In this document: piece by piece, positions 11,801 to 23,796 of the stretch
How the letters are laid out: the number at the start of each line of letters is the position of its first letter
How positions within the stretch are numbered: position 1 is the first letter of the stretch
Assembly (NCBI GenBank): GCA_965644295.1
Contig: CBFFRP010000028.1
Coordinates: forward strand, 62,001 to 126,000
Direction of reading: 5' to 3'
Origin: Paraphysomonas bandaiensis
Taxonomy: Eukaryota; Protista; Chrysophyceae
Length of the DNA: 64,000 nt
Translations under genes and position numbers: made by a program
The notes under the pieces: model-generated
The model's input: only the letters and a program-made list of their open reading frames with translations
The model's database searches: none
What the model was told of the DNA's origin: nothing

Positions 11801-13362
11801 GTGTCATATTGGCTTTTTTATCTAATTCCGACACTTCCCTTTTACTTGAAGCACAATCTGCGCCCCCTTTGGATGATCTGCTTTGTTTCTTCTCAGAGAA
11901 TAGAGCCGTGAAGGTGCTTTGTGCGAATGTAGAGAGTTCTGTAGCCGCTTTGTGTAGCTCTGATCCCTCCACATTGTACAGGCGACAGTTTTCGAAAACC
12001 AACTCAACGTCAGCCAAGCATGCCTTAATGTTATCAGTTGAGCGACTGGCATAGAACGGAAGGGATTCTTTTACCCGAGTAAGGTCCATAGGCTGCTTGA
12101 CCACCTGCTCATAACCAGGGGCGCAACGTACGTCCACAGGGTAATGGAAGGGCACAGCAAGTGGGTGTTGCCACACCGTCAGGATAAATTTCTTCAATAT
12201 CTTTAATTTGTTTTCATCTATATCGCTACTTGTTGTATCCGGGGCTTCCTCTAGCGCCCGCTTGGAACGACGATTAAGCAGAACTTTGAACTTGCGCTGA
12301 AAGAGCTGCTGCGAGATACCACGAGCCTCCTCAGCCCACTGATATATCTGCGACCCCGGAGTATTATAAGTCATACAATTCGACCATATCAGATCTAGAT
12401 CGCGCGAAAAGGCATCAATATTGTCTCCATATGTCCTACTCGCCACCTTTCCTTTCAAAGTGGAGAGATCCATAGGGATGGCTATCATGTCCAGGTATCC
12501 TGGTGCGGATTCTGGGTCCACTGGAGTCAAAAACGGGCGACAACACTTCATACGGCTCAGTTCAGACAAAATCTGCAGTTGTTTTTTAACCACGGGTCCT
12601 AATTCCTCTATTTCTGCGCCAGCACTGGTGTCCAGGTCAGCCCGCGTCCTCTTCTTAGGGAGTTCCGGCTTCACCTCATGCTGACTGGGTGTGGTGTCAT
12701 CCATATTCACCACAGGTTCTCCAGGACCATCGTCCTGGCAAAACTTAATAAATATTTAAGTTTCTGTCGATTATATATATAGCAAGTTCGTTCCTACCTG
12801 AACACTTTCTCCGAAATAGTCGGTCATGATCTCGCGAAAATACAACCACAAAGGAATGTACCGATTACCTGTCTTTTGTCTATATGCCTTGAAACAGGCC
12901 TCCACATCGGCAACAAAAGAGTTAACGTCATCTATACAGATAAGGTTTATACAATACAGTATTAGGCAGAGTCACTTACCTTCATATGCAGCAAGATCAT
13001 GTTCGTCAAACAAGAACCCCATCTGAGATAAAGTATCACTTTGGGATAACAAAAACAGTGCAGCAGCACAAACCATGTTAGTATCATCGTCACTATCGTC
13101 ATCCACTGTGTCTGAATCTTCATTTAAATTACTGGAACACAGAGTTTTAAAATTACAGCATTGCGAGTGTCTAGGTACCTCTCATGCAACTCATCATATA
13201 CATCCTGAATATCACTCCGCTCTTGCAGCAATTTTACAACTGATATTAATTTACGCTAACATATACAACATCACTCGTTCATTTCCATAGTCAATCTGGC
13301 AGCATATTACTACACACCTGCGTCTGCCTAATGGCACTCGATCTGCGTATATTCGTAGCCAT
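5838..13362 (-). CDS. Large BAZ/MBD9-like chromatin reader: 3 bromodomains, FYR-N/C, Tudor, PHD, MBD-like, DDT, WHIM/WSD, NUMOD1 (multi-exon)
   Basis: Bromodomains PFLTPVD...PMDL...NCMTYN, PFHYPVD...NCRLYN and PFLEEV...NCMQFN; FYR-N YIYPVGF; Tudor GTYDIDYDDGD; PHD LLFCNGC...WLCKRC; WSD PLGYDRNGREYW. ORFs 7083-12713 and 5838-7070 join across a GT-AG intron at ~7052-7102. Short upstream exons lead to an ATG at 13362 (MATNIRRSS), which is less certain. Confidence 0.88.
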
Positions 13363-13956
13363 TTTACTAACTTGTTACGAACCTACAACACTGCTACAGA
13401 TGACTACGAGCCCAGTGAATTTTCAAATGCCTATTCTCTACAGTGTGCATTGAGACAAAGCGCTGATAGTGGTTTCTAAACCAGGGTGGAATTCCACATT
13501 TGGTTTTTAAATTCATGCATGTCCAGATGAGGAGAGTCAGACGGGAGTGTTTTAGTATGAGAGTTGATGTCAAATGCATTGTATTCCTGGTATTCCGTAT
13601 TCCGATTGTATAACTAATTGTTGGAAGCAACATGTGATGTATACGTGGAATACCATGGAATACGGTATAATCTCACCCACCACTTCCAATATATTTTTTT
13701 AGGAATGCCGGCTGGTACGTACCCCAGATGTCAATGAGTGGAAATACATGGAATACGTTATGATACGGTATTCTGGATCGTCCAAACCAATCGAAGGTGG
13801 ACGTCTGGAAAGATATGATTCGACATTCTTCTGGATAGCTATGTACAGTGCAGTATGTTCGTCTAGGAGGTCACTGCTATTCCATTTACGTATATTTACT
13901 TTCCAGGAACACACATATCCTTATATTCGTAATCTATACCGCCGTACACCCACGAG

Positions 13957-15900
13957 ATGATTTCTTTCCCTTACCTTACTCGCGCCAAGCCACTCCTTCG
14001 TTCTGCACATGCTCCGTCTGCCTTGAGGCTGGCATCAACCGGTGTGGAGAATATCAACACGAAAGTAAAAATGTCGAACTCGGAGGCATTTGTAGAGACT
14101 ATGGCCGCCAATAAGGTCGACACATGCTTCGGAATAGTGGGGTCTGCTTTCATGGACGCACTGGATCTATTCCCCCTTGCCGGGATCAGGTTTCTACCAG
14201 TTGTTCATGAACAAAACGCCGCCCATATGGCGGATGGGTATGCCCGTGTCACTGGGCGACATGGTGTTTGTATTGCCCAGAATGGGCCTGGCATAACTAA
14301 CTTTGTGACTGCAATTGCAGCGGCATACTGGGCGCACTCACCTGTGGTGTGCGTAACTCCTGAGTGTGGTACCATGACAACAGGTTCGTGCTGCTTGTTT
14401 CCTTTTTTGCTGGAACTTTGTTTGATATTTAAAATTACAGGTCTTGGGGGCTTTCAGGAAACAGATCAGCTCACAATATTTAGAGGAATAACGAAATATC
14501 AGGCACATGTAAACAACCCAGCAAGGATGGCAGAGTACACGGGGCGGGCATTTGACATTGCCATGAACGAGCGGGGCCCTGTTCAACTGAACATTCCCAG
14601 AGACTATTTCTATGGCGAACACGAATTTACTATTCCAGCCCCACATTCGATAGAGAAGTCTGCAGGAGGTGCTACGAGCCTTGCTGCAGCTGCTGATCTC
14701 ATAGCTGGGGCACAGAGACCAGTTATTCTTTCCGGTGGAGGTGTTGTGATGGGCGGAGGGTTGGCGAAGGTGAAAGACCTTGCAGAATTTTTGCAAGCCC
14801 CCGTAGCCACTACTTACTTGCATACGGATGCTTTCCCCCACTCTCACCCACTCTCGTGCGGTCCCCTCGGATATCTAGGGTCACAAGCAGCTATGAATGC
14901 CCTCAAAGAGGCCGACGTTGTGATCGCACTAGGTACCCGGTTGGGACCATTTGGTACCAATCCCCAGTATGGTATGGAATACTGGCCCAAGAATGCACAG
15001 TTAATACAGGTAGATGCAAACCCACGACACCTCAACCTCACTAGGGATGCTGCTATTGCGATACACGGTGATGCAGGAGCAGCTGCAGGAGCACTATTAG
15101 ATCTCCTTCGAGACAAAGGACAAAGCGTTGCTTGCCTACAAGGTAACTCCATCGAGACGAGGAAAGCACACATTCAGAAGCTGAAGGCGGACTGGGAGAA
15201 TATTCTTGACGGAATGACTAATAGTGAGCCACGATCGGAATGCGGAAAGATAAAACCCCGTGCCGCATTGCGCGCCCTGCAGCAAGCCATGCCAAAAGAT
15301 ATTATAATATCAACCGATATTGGCAACACTTGCTCCGTCGCCAATAGTTATCTAGGATTTGAAACTCCCGGTTCCTTTCTTGGTGCTATGACCTACGGTA
15401 ACTGTGGATATGCGTTTCCAACTGCCATTGGTGCTAAAGTTGGGCGCCCAGATCGCCCAGTGGTTGCTTATGTGGGTGATGGAGCATGGGGCATGTCATT
15501 GGGAGAAGTTCTTACATGTGTGCGCGAAAATATTCCAACTACAGCCGTTGTATTTAATAACGGGCAGTGGGGAGCTGAGAAAAAGAACCAGGTACTCTGG
15601 TTCGGGGACCGGTATGTCGGGTCCCAGCTGAAAAATCCCAGCTTTGCTGAAGTGGCAAGATCGATGGGAGCTGAAGGAATCAAAGTTGAAAACGAGGCAG
15701 ATGTTGGAGATGCTTTGAAGAAAGCCCTGGACCTGCAAATGAAAGAGGGAAAAACATGTGTACTGGAGATCATGACATCACGAGAACTTGGAGATCCATT
15801 CAGGCGAGATGCTATGAGACTACCTCGCAGAGTGCTATCCAAATACGCATCTACATCAATGGATGAAGAATCATCAACCGGGCAGCCAACAGATTTGTAG
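13957..15900 (+). CDS. xsc: Sulfoacetaldehyde acetyltransferase (ThDP enzyme) with N-terminal mitochondrial-type presequence; one 57-nt in-frame intron at 14384-14440
   Basis: Xsc-type stretches SEAFVETM, GIVGSAFMDA, AAAYWAHSPVV, GLGGFQE (restored after splicing), NIPRDYFYGE, GDGAWGMS, FNNGQWGAEKKNQ and ELGDPFRRDA. Confidence 0.9.
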   Translation: MISFPYLTRAKPLLRSAHAPSALRLASTGVENINTKVKMSNSEAFVETMAANKVDTCFGIVGSAFMDALDLFPLAGIRFLPVVHEQNAAHMADGYARVTGRHGVCIAQNGPGITNFVTAIAAAYWAHSPVVCVTPECGTMTTGSCCLFPFLLELCLIFKITGLGGFQETDQLTIFRGITKYQAHVNNPARMAEYTGRAFDIAMNERGPVQLNIPRDYFYGEHEFTIPAPHSIEKSAGGATSLAAAADLIAGAQRPVILSGGGVVMGGGLAKVKDLAEFLQAPVATTYLHTDAFPHSHPLSCGPLGYLGSQAAMNALKEADVVIALGTRLGPFGTNPQYGMEYWPKNAQLIQVDANPRHLNLTRDAAIAIHGDAGAAAGALLDLLRDKGQSVACLQGNSIETRKAHIQKLKADWENILDGMTNSEPRSECGKIKPRAALRALQQAMPKDIIISTDIGNTCSVANSYLGFETPGSFLGAMTYGNCGYAFPTAIGAKVGRPDRPVVAYVGDGAWGMSLGEVLTCVRENIPTTAVVFNNGQWGAEKKNQVLWFGDRYVGSQLKNPSFAEVARSMGAEGIKVENEADVGDALKKALDLQMKEGKTCVLEIMTSRELGDPFRRDAMRLPRRVLSKYASTSMDEESSTGQPTDL

Positions 15901-16565
15901 TCGACCTACGATATCATAATATTCTGGTGTGGATTATGAGCATCACATTGCTGGATTGAAGTTGATAAATACGTTGTAATAGTGACGACATTTTGTAAAG
16001 TGCATGAGTATTTTGTTCCTACTATATAATAATTACATCAGAACTCTGGTTATGAATGCTACTTCCGTGAAACGACCACACACCAATAAAGCTACTGTAT
16101 TACGAACCACATATTATATAGGCCAATTAAATTAAAAGTCCAATTTTGCATATATAGTTATATGTTACCATGGGCAATAAGGAGGCTATATCGCCCGCGC
16201 TCAAAATTTCGACAAGGGACGCTATTCCTTATCCCTAGATTATATTATAACTTATCTTTTTAATATTTAATATTAAATGGTATAACTAATTGTAGTATGC
16301 TCACTTTATTAAGAAATAGGTGTTCCCTGATTAACATTAAGAAAACTAATGAGGATTCGTAATGTTTCAAATCAATGATATGTATATTGTATGATTATTA
16401 GGAAATAGCAATTGTACTAGATCAACTCAAAACAATAAATCCTAAATCTCCAAGTTTCTATAACAGCTGCAACACATGTACTCCTACCACTGAGGGAATG
16501 ATGGCAACTGCGAGTGTGATGATGAATTTGAACTATTGTAGTCGCATGAGAGGCTTCTTATTGCC

Positions 16566-16980
16566 TTAATTGGCATCATCGTCACATTTATATACAACAC
16601 GCTTAGCTTCTGCAAGTGCAACTGATAGAATAATGAGGCACGATATGTCCAAAACCTGAAAAGAACTGGGTGCTATTGCTCCTAACCACTTATACAGCAT
16701 CAGATTGAACGGAAGTGGTTGCACCTTGGTGCTTGCGGCGACGCACAAGCAGCTTTCGTAGCGTTAAATAGTAGGATAAAAGAATTTGTATTGATTAGTT
16801 ACGGGTAGTGGTCTAACTAGTATGACTAGCATTCTTCTAGCCACTAATTGATGCAAGGTCTCAATGCCTATTGCTAAATAATCAGACATTCACTATCAGC
16901 ATCAGATTAAACTCTCCTGTAACATTCTTTAATTTGTTTTGAAGTCCTGGATATAAAGATAGGTCGCTTGTAAGCATTAT
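16566..16980 (-). pseudogene. Degenerate repeat/transposase relic interrupted by a TSD-flanked insertion
   Basis: 16665-16706 plus 16909-16970 (minus strand) align colinearly with 31820-31936 (plus strand) once 16707-16908 is removed. Confidence 0.5.
16707..16896 (+). mobile_element. ~190-bp insertion carrying the structured repeat tail, flanked by a 12-bp TSD
   Basis: CAGCATCAGATT at 16695-16706 and 16897-16908; 16711-16778 matches 27288-27355 and 39190-39264 in reverse complement. Confidence 0.75.
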
Positions 16981-17546
16981 GATCTTCTACAAGAGACGAA
17001 TGATGATGATAGATGATCTGCTCTTGATAGTTGGCTCATGATTGTGTGGTTCCTCTTTAATTGTGTAATATGATGAAATCATGTTACACGTGGCTGTCAA
17101 TATTATAATTAAGATAGAAGTGAGCTTCTGTTGAACTGAAGTTTTGAAGTTTAATGAACCGGTGCAAATATGAGCGCTCTGTTGAGCCCAAATCAGGTCA
17201 GAAAAAGAATTTTTGAGATAAAATGGGGATAAGATTTTTAAACACTGAGCTTGTCGTTCACACTTATATTTCTCAACACTGGCCACCATCATTTCAGGGC
17301 TTTAGTTTGTTAATCATTTCAGGGACCACATTTCTTTCTTCTGGTGTAAGGTATAGCAGTATGAACTGAAATAGTGTGACTAAATCGATTCTCATATAAA
17401 ACCTATAATGTCGCTAGTTACAGCACTTCTTGGCACAGTCATAGCATAATGTATAAAAAGAAATTATTAACAGAACCACTAACCTAACAACCAATAATAT
17501 GATATCCATTCCACACAATCATTACTGTCCTAAACCAGACAACCAA

Positions 17547-20500
17547 CTAATACTTTTTAGCGCTCTTGTTTAAATCATCAGAAGGGAAAACATTTCGCAT
17601 AACAAGCCAAAGGGGGTTGGCTGATGTATTCGGCGTAGATACAGTAGGGGTATCATTTGGTGTACTCCTACGCTGAGGTGAACTAAAAGCAGCACTGACG
17701 TCATCCCGGTCCTCTCCTCCTGACAAAACGACCTCTTTTTCAAACTGTCGGTGGCACAACTTTGATAACGCAAATATACACTCGCCCTCAGTTCTCACTT
17801 CCTCATTTCCACTGTTTCTTTTCAAGAGATCAAAGAGAAGAGTGATCTCTGAACGGTATATACCGCTCAGCTCTTCGCATGCACGCAAGCAAATCATGTC
17901 TTTAATACAGCATTCGATTAAATGCTTTCTAGCAATTAAATCTTGGTGCAATGTATTTAACTCATGCATAACGCTCATTCCATTCGGCAAATTTACATCT
18001 GCATCATACAAGTAGCGCAGCACACTCTTGGCAGCATTCACTATCCAGTTAATATTCGTCAGTTCACGACACCCAGGTAGGGCTTGAAACTGCTCTTCCC
18101 TATCTGGGGAGTAAAGATTTTGCTGCCGTCTGAGTACAAACGATTGGGTAGACTTTAGCCATGTGTCAGCATCATATCTAGTGCGCAAGCCCTCAAGACC
18201 GAGAAGGACATCACTTACATCACCCCCCCAAGGAGAATACGTGGATATAACAGCTTCAGAGCATCGACTTAGAATAACCCACATATCTCTGTAGCCAAGA
18301 CTAATGGCCGACTCACAAACAGCAGGTTTCAGACTACGCATATCAGCAATTAGCCGAATCGGGTTCAACTTGTTAGATAGTGATGGAGGATGAGATGTGC
18401 ACTCCTCGATAAATCTGGCAATCAGCCACTTACTACGTGACAGAACCGCAGAATCATACAAAGAAAGCATGCCTTTCACTCTGTACCCCGGGTCACGTTC
18501 GCTACTAACTCCAGTAGCAGAACAAAAACACAACTTTAGCAGCTCTTGTACAGTCTCAAAGGTAACCCTTCTCTCTTGCATCAACTTCACAGCATCTGTA
18601 TCGAAATCTGAATGAGAAGCTGAATTAAGCCATTGTGCTAATTTCGGAACCAAGCTGTCAGCAAGAAGGCCCATGGCATCTTTTTCCCCAGTTGAGAAGG
18701 CTCGTATCACGCATCGAAGAGAACGGGGAATTTTCCCAGATGACGCTACTGTATCGAATCTATGGCAGATGGGCTCAACAACCTGCGCACATAAAACAGA
18801 GATATCTGTTCCTCCCCCACTGTTGATCACAATTCTTCCAGTCTGCCCCACAGCATCACTGATGTGTCGTATAAAACCGATTATATCTGCACGGCGGCAA
18901 AGTTCATCGAGGGTCAGAGGCAACAACTCCGTGCGACTCAGAGAGTACCCAATGTCATTTTGTAGGTTCCTTTCACTACCTACCATATTGTTGACATCGC
19001 GAAAGTGGTTCGAAACTACATGCTTCATAAACTCCTCTAAATATACATCATCACATGACCAGTGCGCGTATATTCGGGAAATGGCGAGTCTTACAATGTC
19101 CATCAACTCCTATATTAAAATTAGGAAACACTCTAGCCAATTTTGAAGCATACCTGTACATCAGTGCATCGTAAACTGAAGTCAATTAGAATATCGGGGT
19201 GTTCTCGGATAAAAAAGACAAGCGATGCACATAAATCTACCTCATCTTCTGTAATGTTGAGGCACACAGCATCAGGTGTTTGCTGTAGTATTACATTATC
19301 AACATACAAGTACAGATGCATGACGACAGACCTCTGCTTCTGTAGTAGATACCATCTCTAATTCAGGAACTTCCGATGGTCTTTTCGGGGATTCAGTGGT
19401 TTTCGCCTCCGTTTCTATTTCTCCTCCTTCAGCACCATCTCCAGTATTTCCTTCAACGCTTGGATCACCTTTTTCCTCCACTTGGAGGGGTGCCAGCAGC
19501 GGCTGCATATCTTCTTCGGGAAGAGCAGACAGTACTGTTGTCGGTGTCACGGCTCCAGTACTTGAACGTCGACTTGGAGTTATAACACTACGTGTAGCAA
19601 TTCGTCGTTCTTTGCTGCTATCAGCGGGCGGAACAAATACAATAGGGGAATTCTGATCCATCAGTGAATTATTTCTGAGAGGACCCTGCCATAAGCTTTT
19701 ATCAAACTGACGACATCACTCGCTCACACTACCTGAGACATACTCCGTCTTATTGGATTAAATGCACCTTTTGGGGGGATACTCAAGGGGAGACCCTTGT
19801 CGAACACAGGAGTAGGCTCTTCATTTTTCGCAATTTCAGTATCACCTCTTACCACTGCAGTCCCAGAGCTCTGTGAGTCCGTCGTTTGGTACTCTTCTGT
19901 ATTGCGTTTTTCTTCCTGCTAAAAATATCAGGTGGCGAAGGCCGAAAAATGTAGCTCACCTGTTCAAGAGAAAGCTCGAACGAAATCATATCACATAATA
20001 ACTTGTGATTACTGGTATTTATTTCTTCCAAGTGACGGAGGGTCTGCAAAGAAAATAACAATTGTGGTGGTATCTATAGGACAAACAAACCTTAAACACC
20101 ATAGCAACAGTGGGAATTACACCAGTAACACAGAGAGCATCAAGTGTCGATTCTAATGCTTGAGCAGCTTTAATTACTTCGGCCCGTCCACATATCAAAC
20201 TCTGCATAGAGGGCGAGCTCGGAATTATTTCGCTAACCACAGCACCAGAGGAACCTTTATTTGGAGTTCGAAGTCGCAATGTATTGATATCACCACCAGA
20301 AGGAGATGTCTTCACAGAAAGATTACTTTTCTTCACTTTCCAGCATCTCGCATGAAGACTTTCCAGATCGATAGGCACTGCTCCGGCCAGTCTCAACGCC
20401 TCCACAATAACAATGCACAACCGCAGCACTACCTTTAGAGTCGAACATTCAAGAGCAATGTGTGAGCTCTTATCTCGGAGCTCAATTGCAACCCCAGTGG

Positions 20501-23500
20501 AATTCCTTGCTTCAACCAATCGCATCTGAACGTCCGCAAGATTCAGATTCTTTTGTTTATATAAACCTCGAGTGGTATAAACCTTCAGTAGACCACCTTC
20601 CACTTGTACACGACTGGAATGATTCCATAATCCTTGTGTTTCACCAGCTGATGTACTTGGCATCTTAGTATCACCATTAACACCTATCACAGGTTTAAAC
20701 TCATTGTGCTGTGTCACATCTTTTACAGAGTTCGTGTACTCGGACTTGCAAATATCTATCTTTTGCTCTTCAAACGAATTATCACCCGTACCTTCAGTGG
20801 TGTTGGAGAGCTCTGATCTCTTTCCTGTAGTCCGATTACCAAGTTGATCGCTATTTTCACTGCTTAATATCATAACACTGCAATTCAAAACAGATCTCGG
20901 AAACTCCCAAGCCCACAACTCAACCCGTACATGTACAGGAATCTCCGTAATCATATCCACCAATGCGCGCCCCGGCATTCCGATGGCTGATATTTGGTTG
21001 ACGCTTACAACAATACTTCCTTCGAGCAGGTTAGTTTTCCCTGGATCCGTAACCACTATTCTCCCACGAGCTTGAAAAAATTTCATTTTTCGAATATCAG
21101 CTCCAGATACGTCATAACGCTTCATCATTCTCCGCACCATATTCCTTTCCGCCAAAAAACCAATAGAATCCAATGCAAAATCGAGCATAAAATCCGACCA
21201 AATAACGTCCGTTACTGTGTGCGGCATAGGGTTACTAATTAGCGATGACTGGTGAGTAGACGCGGATAACGCTTGCTTATACACATCGTCAGATGTATGT
21301 ATCTCTTCCTGTTTCAATAACGACGGACTATTACGAGTAGTAATCCGAGATGTAGACACAGCCCATTTCCAGTACTGAACAGCCGACGTGAATATAAATC
21401 GAATACAAATACTGCGTTCTTCATAGGTGCAGTCGACGATATCAAAACAGTAGTCAAGCGAAAACGACAAATCTAAAAGTGAAATATATGCATTATTCGT
21501 GTATACAACCATATAGGCGGAGTTGTCAGGCCCGTGATCATAAAACACCAGGCGACGGTTTGTGACGTCTATATGTACCCAAAGTGAAGTGTCCGTCAAA
21601 AATGTACTTCCTTCTAAACCCTTTGTACTATCAGTATTCATATACTGCATAGACACAACTACTAAGCCATCATTAGGAAGGTCAAACCCTTCAGCAGAGC
21701 CCCTATCTGAGGGACATGTACCAGCTATTGATACTTCAGACTTAACATCTTCTACACGATGTAACAGGGAGGTCAAAACATGACTACCGGGGCGTTTCTT
21801 CAATAAGCTACTCAATCGTAAAGATAGTGAATCACAGCATTCCTGCACTCTTTCCATTCGCACTGTTGACTTCTTATGTAATTCACTCGCCATCATACAC
21901 GACATCTCAGCAACATCTCGATTACGATTGCAGGTACTGGTTTCGTCGCACACTTGTATATGCTTGCATCGAATGCCAATAGCCTTTGCCCAGCTCTGAG
22001 CACCTTCCTTTGATTCGCACATAAGTATCACATCGATATGATCAGTAGAAATTTCGCTGCCCGTTAACCTATTTGCCTCACTAGCAGCCCCCGCCGCGAC
22101 AGCATCATCCTTCATATCGACAGAACTAGTTTCATCAACACCTCGAACTACCGAGGCACTCAACCCCTCCACCACGGTCGAGTTAGAAGCCTCAACTCGA
22201 TTCACTGTTGAATCATTCATCAATGAAGATTTGACACGTAGACGCACGACACCAGGGGCCTGAACGTAGATGAAGCAAGGCATATAGATGTAGATATGTC
22301 ATTACCTCATTGTTGCACACAACTTCCTGAAAATTATTCAAGCAAATCACACGTACGGGAAACTTCAAATTATTTTCTTTAGCAGTCAAATGAATTTTTT
22401 CAGAAGAATCGCAATAATTGTTAGTAGATCCAGAAGTAGAAGCTTCTTGCCCTTGCAACACCGCGGTTTCATGTGCAGTTAGATCGAGAGAACATTCCGC
22501 CATTTCTGGGTAAAGGAATATCACACTGCTATGCCTGCCACTGCAAAGCTTGGCCAAAAAGCACGTCCTTGTTTTTCCATTTTGTTCCCACACATATCCA
22601 CAGTACGCACCGGGCACTAGAGGCCCACAATCTGAAGCTACGCCCTCTTTCACAGCAGATCGTTCGACAGTGACGGATGACTTTACGCCATTAGACTCAG
22701 CATCAGATGTGGTAGCGCATAATGGCTGAACGGCATGCTTCTTTACTTTCGGAGGCTCTGTCCACGAAGACTTACCAGTTTTCTTGTTCTTCCAGAACTT
22801 TCGCTTGTGCTTGTCACTGTACTTCTCTTCCCAGTCTTCATCTGGGACAAGTTCATCATCATGGGACAAAGAACCTGTACTTCCCACAGCCTCTGATGTT
22901 TTCTTTTTCTTTACTTTCGGAGGCTCTGTCCACGAAGACTTACCAGTTTTCTTGTTCTTCCAGAACTTTCGCTTGTGCTTGTCACTGTACTTCTCTTCCC
23001 AGTCTTCATCTGGGACAAGTTCATCATCATGGGACGAAGAACCTGTACTTCCCACAGCCTCTGATGTTTTCTTTTTCTTTACTTTCGGAGGCTCTGTCCA
23101 CGAAGACTTACCAGTTTTCTTGTTCTTCCAGAACTTTCGCTTGTGCTTGTCACTGTACTTCTCTTCCCAGTCTTCATCTGGGACAAGTTCATCATCATGG
23201 GACGAAGAACCTGTACTTCCCACAGCCTCTGATGTTTTCTTTTTCTTTACTTTCGGAGGCTCTGTCCACGAAGATTTACCAGTTTTCTTGTTCTTCCAGA
23301 ACTTTCGCTTGTGTTGATCACTGTATTTCTCTTCCCAGTCTTCATCTGGGATAAGTTCCTCGGTATCAACATCGTTACCATCTTTACTTGGACACGAAGG
23401 TTTAGCAGATTCACCCTGACGGGGATCACTCCACATTGTCTTTCCAGTATTCTTATTCTTCCAGAACTTTCTCTTATATTGATCGCTGTACCTTTCTTCC

Positions 23501-23796
23501 CATACATCTTTTTCATCAGCTGCTGGAGTAGATGCGGATGCACCACCCCCAGCAGTTGCTTTTGGATCTGTCCAAGTTGTTTTGTTCGTTTTTAAATTTC
23601 TCCAAAACTTTCTTTTGTGTTCGCTACTGTACTTTTCCTCCCACTCGTCATCAGTGCTCGAGGGGTTAGTGACGTTTACTTCAGGAGAATTCCATTGGGT
23701 TTTCTTTGTTTTTAAGTTTTGATAATAATGCCTCTTGTGTTGCTCATTATACTTCTTAACCCACCCTTCTGGTAGTTTCTCGTCACCATCAGACAT
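17547..23796 (-). CDS. Multi-exon protein with 7 N-terminal WW domains, followed by possible PH-, PDZ- and RasGAP-like regions
   Basis: W-x-(aromatic pair)-x-W-x-x-P repeats such as LPEGWVKKY...YYQN...TQWNSP. ORFs 22213-23796, 20019-22283, 19299-19661 and 17547-19106 appear linked by short GT-AG introns. Downstream domain calls are weak. Confidence 0.8.
22739..23357. repeat. 168-bp (56-codon) near-perfect coding tandem repeat, ~3.6 units
   Basis: ctttactttcggagg recurs at 22741, 22909, 23077 and 23245 (period 168). Confidence 0.95.

Noticed and set aside
13957-15900. Acetolactate synthase call
   Set aside because: Same fold, but the diagnostic stretches (GSAFMDA, AYWAHSP, WGAEKKNQ, PFRRDA) are Xsc-type.
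16170-16240. Small inverted repeat ending in CTAG (Helitron 3' end?)
   Set aside because: No A|T target signature or 5' TC end found; single weak hairpin.
16725-16755. Group II intron domain V, hammerhead or HDV ribozyme
   Set aside because: GNRA loop plus 2-nt bulge is suggestive, but the stems are too short, there is no properly placed catalytic triad, and no hammerhead or HDV core is visible.
22722-23354. Plus-strand ORFs of 210 and 177 aa
   Set aside because: Antisense shadows of the in-frame WW tandem repeat.
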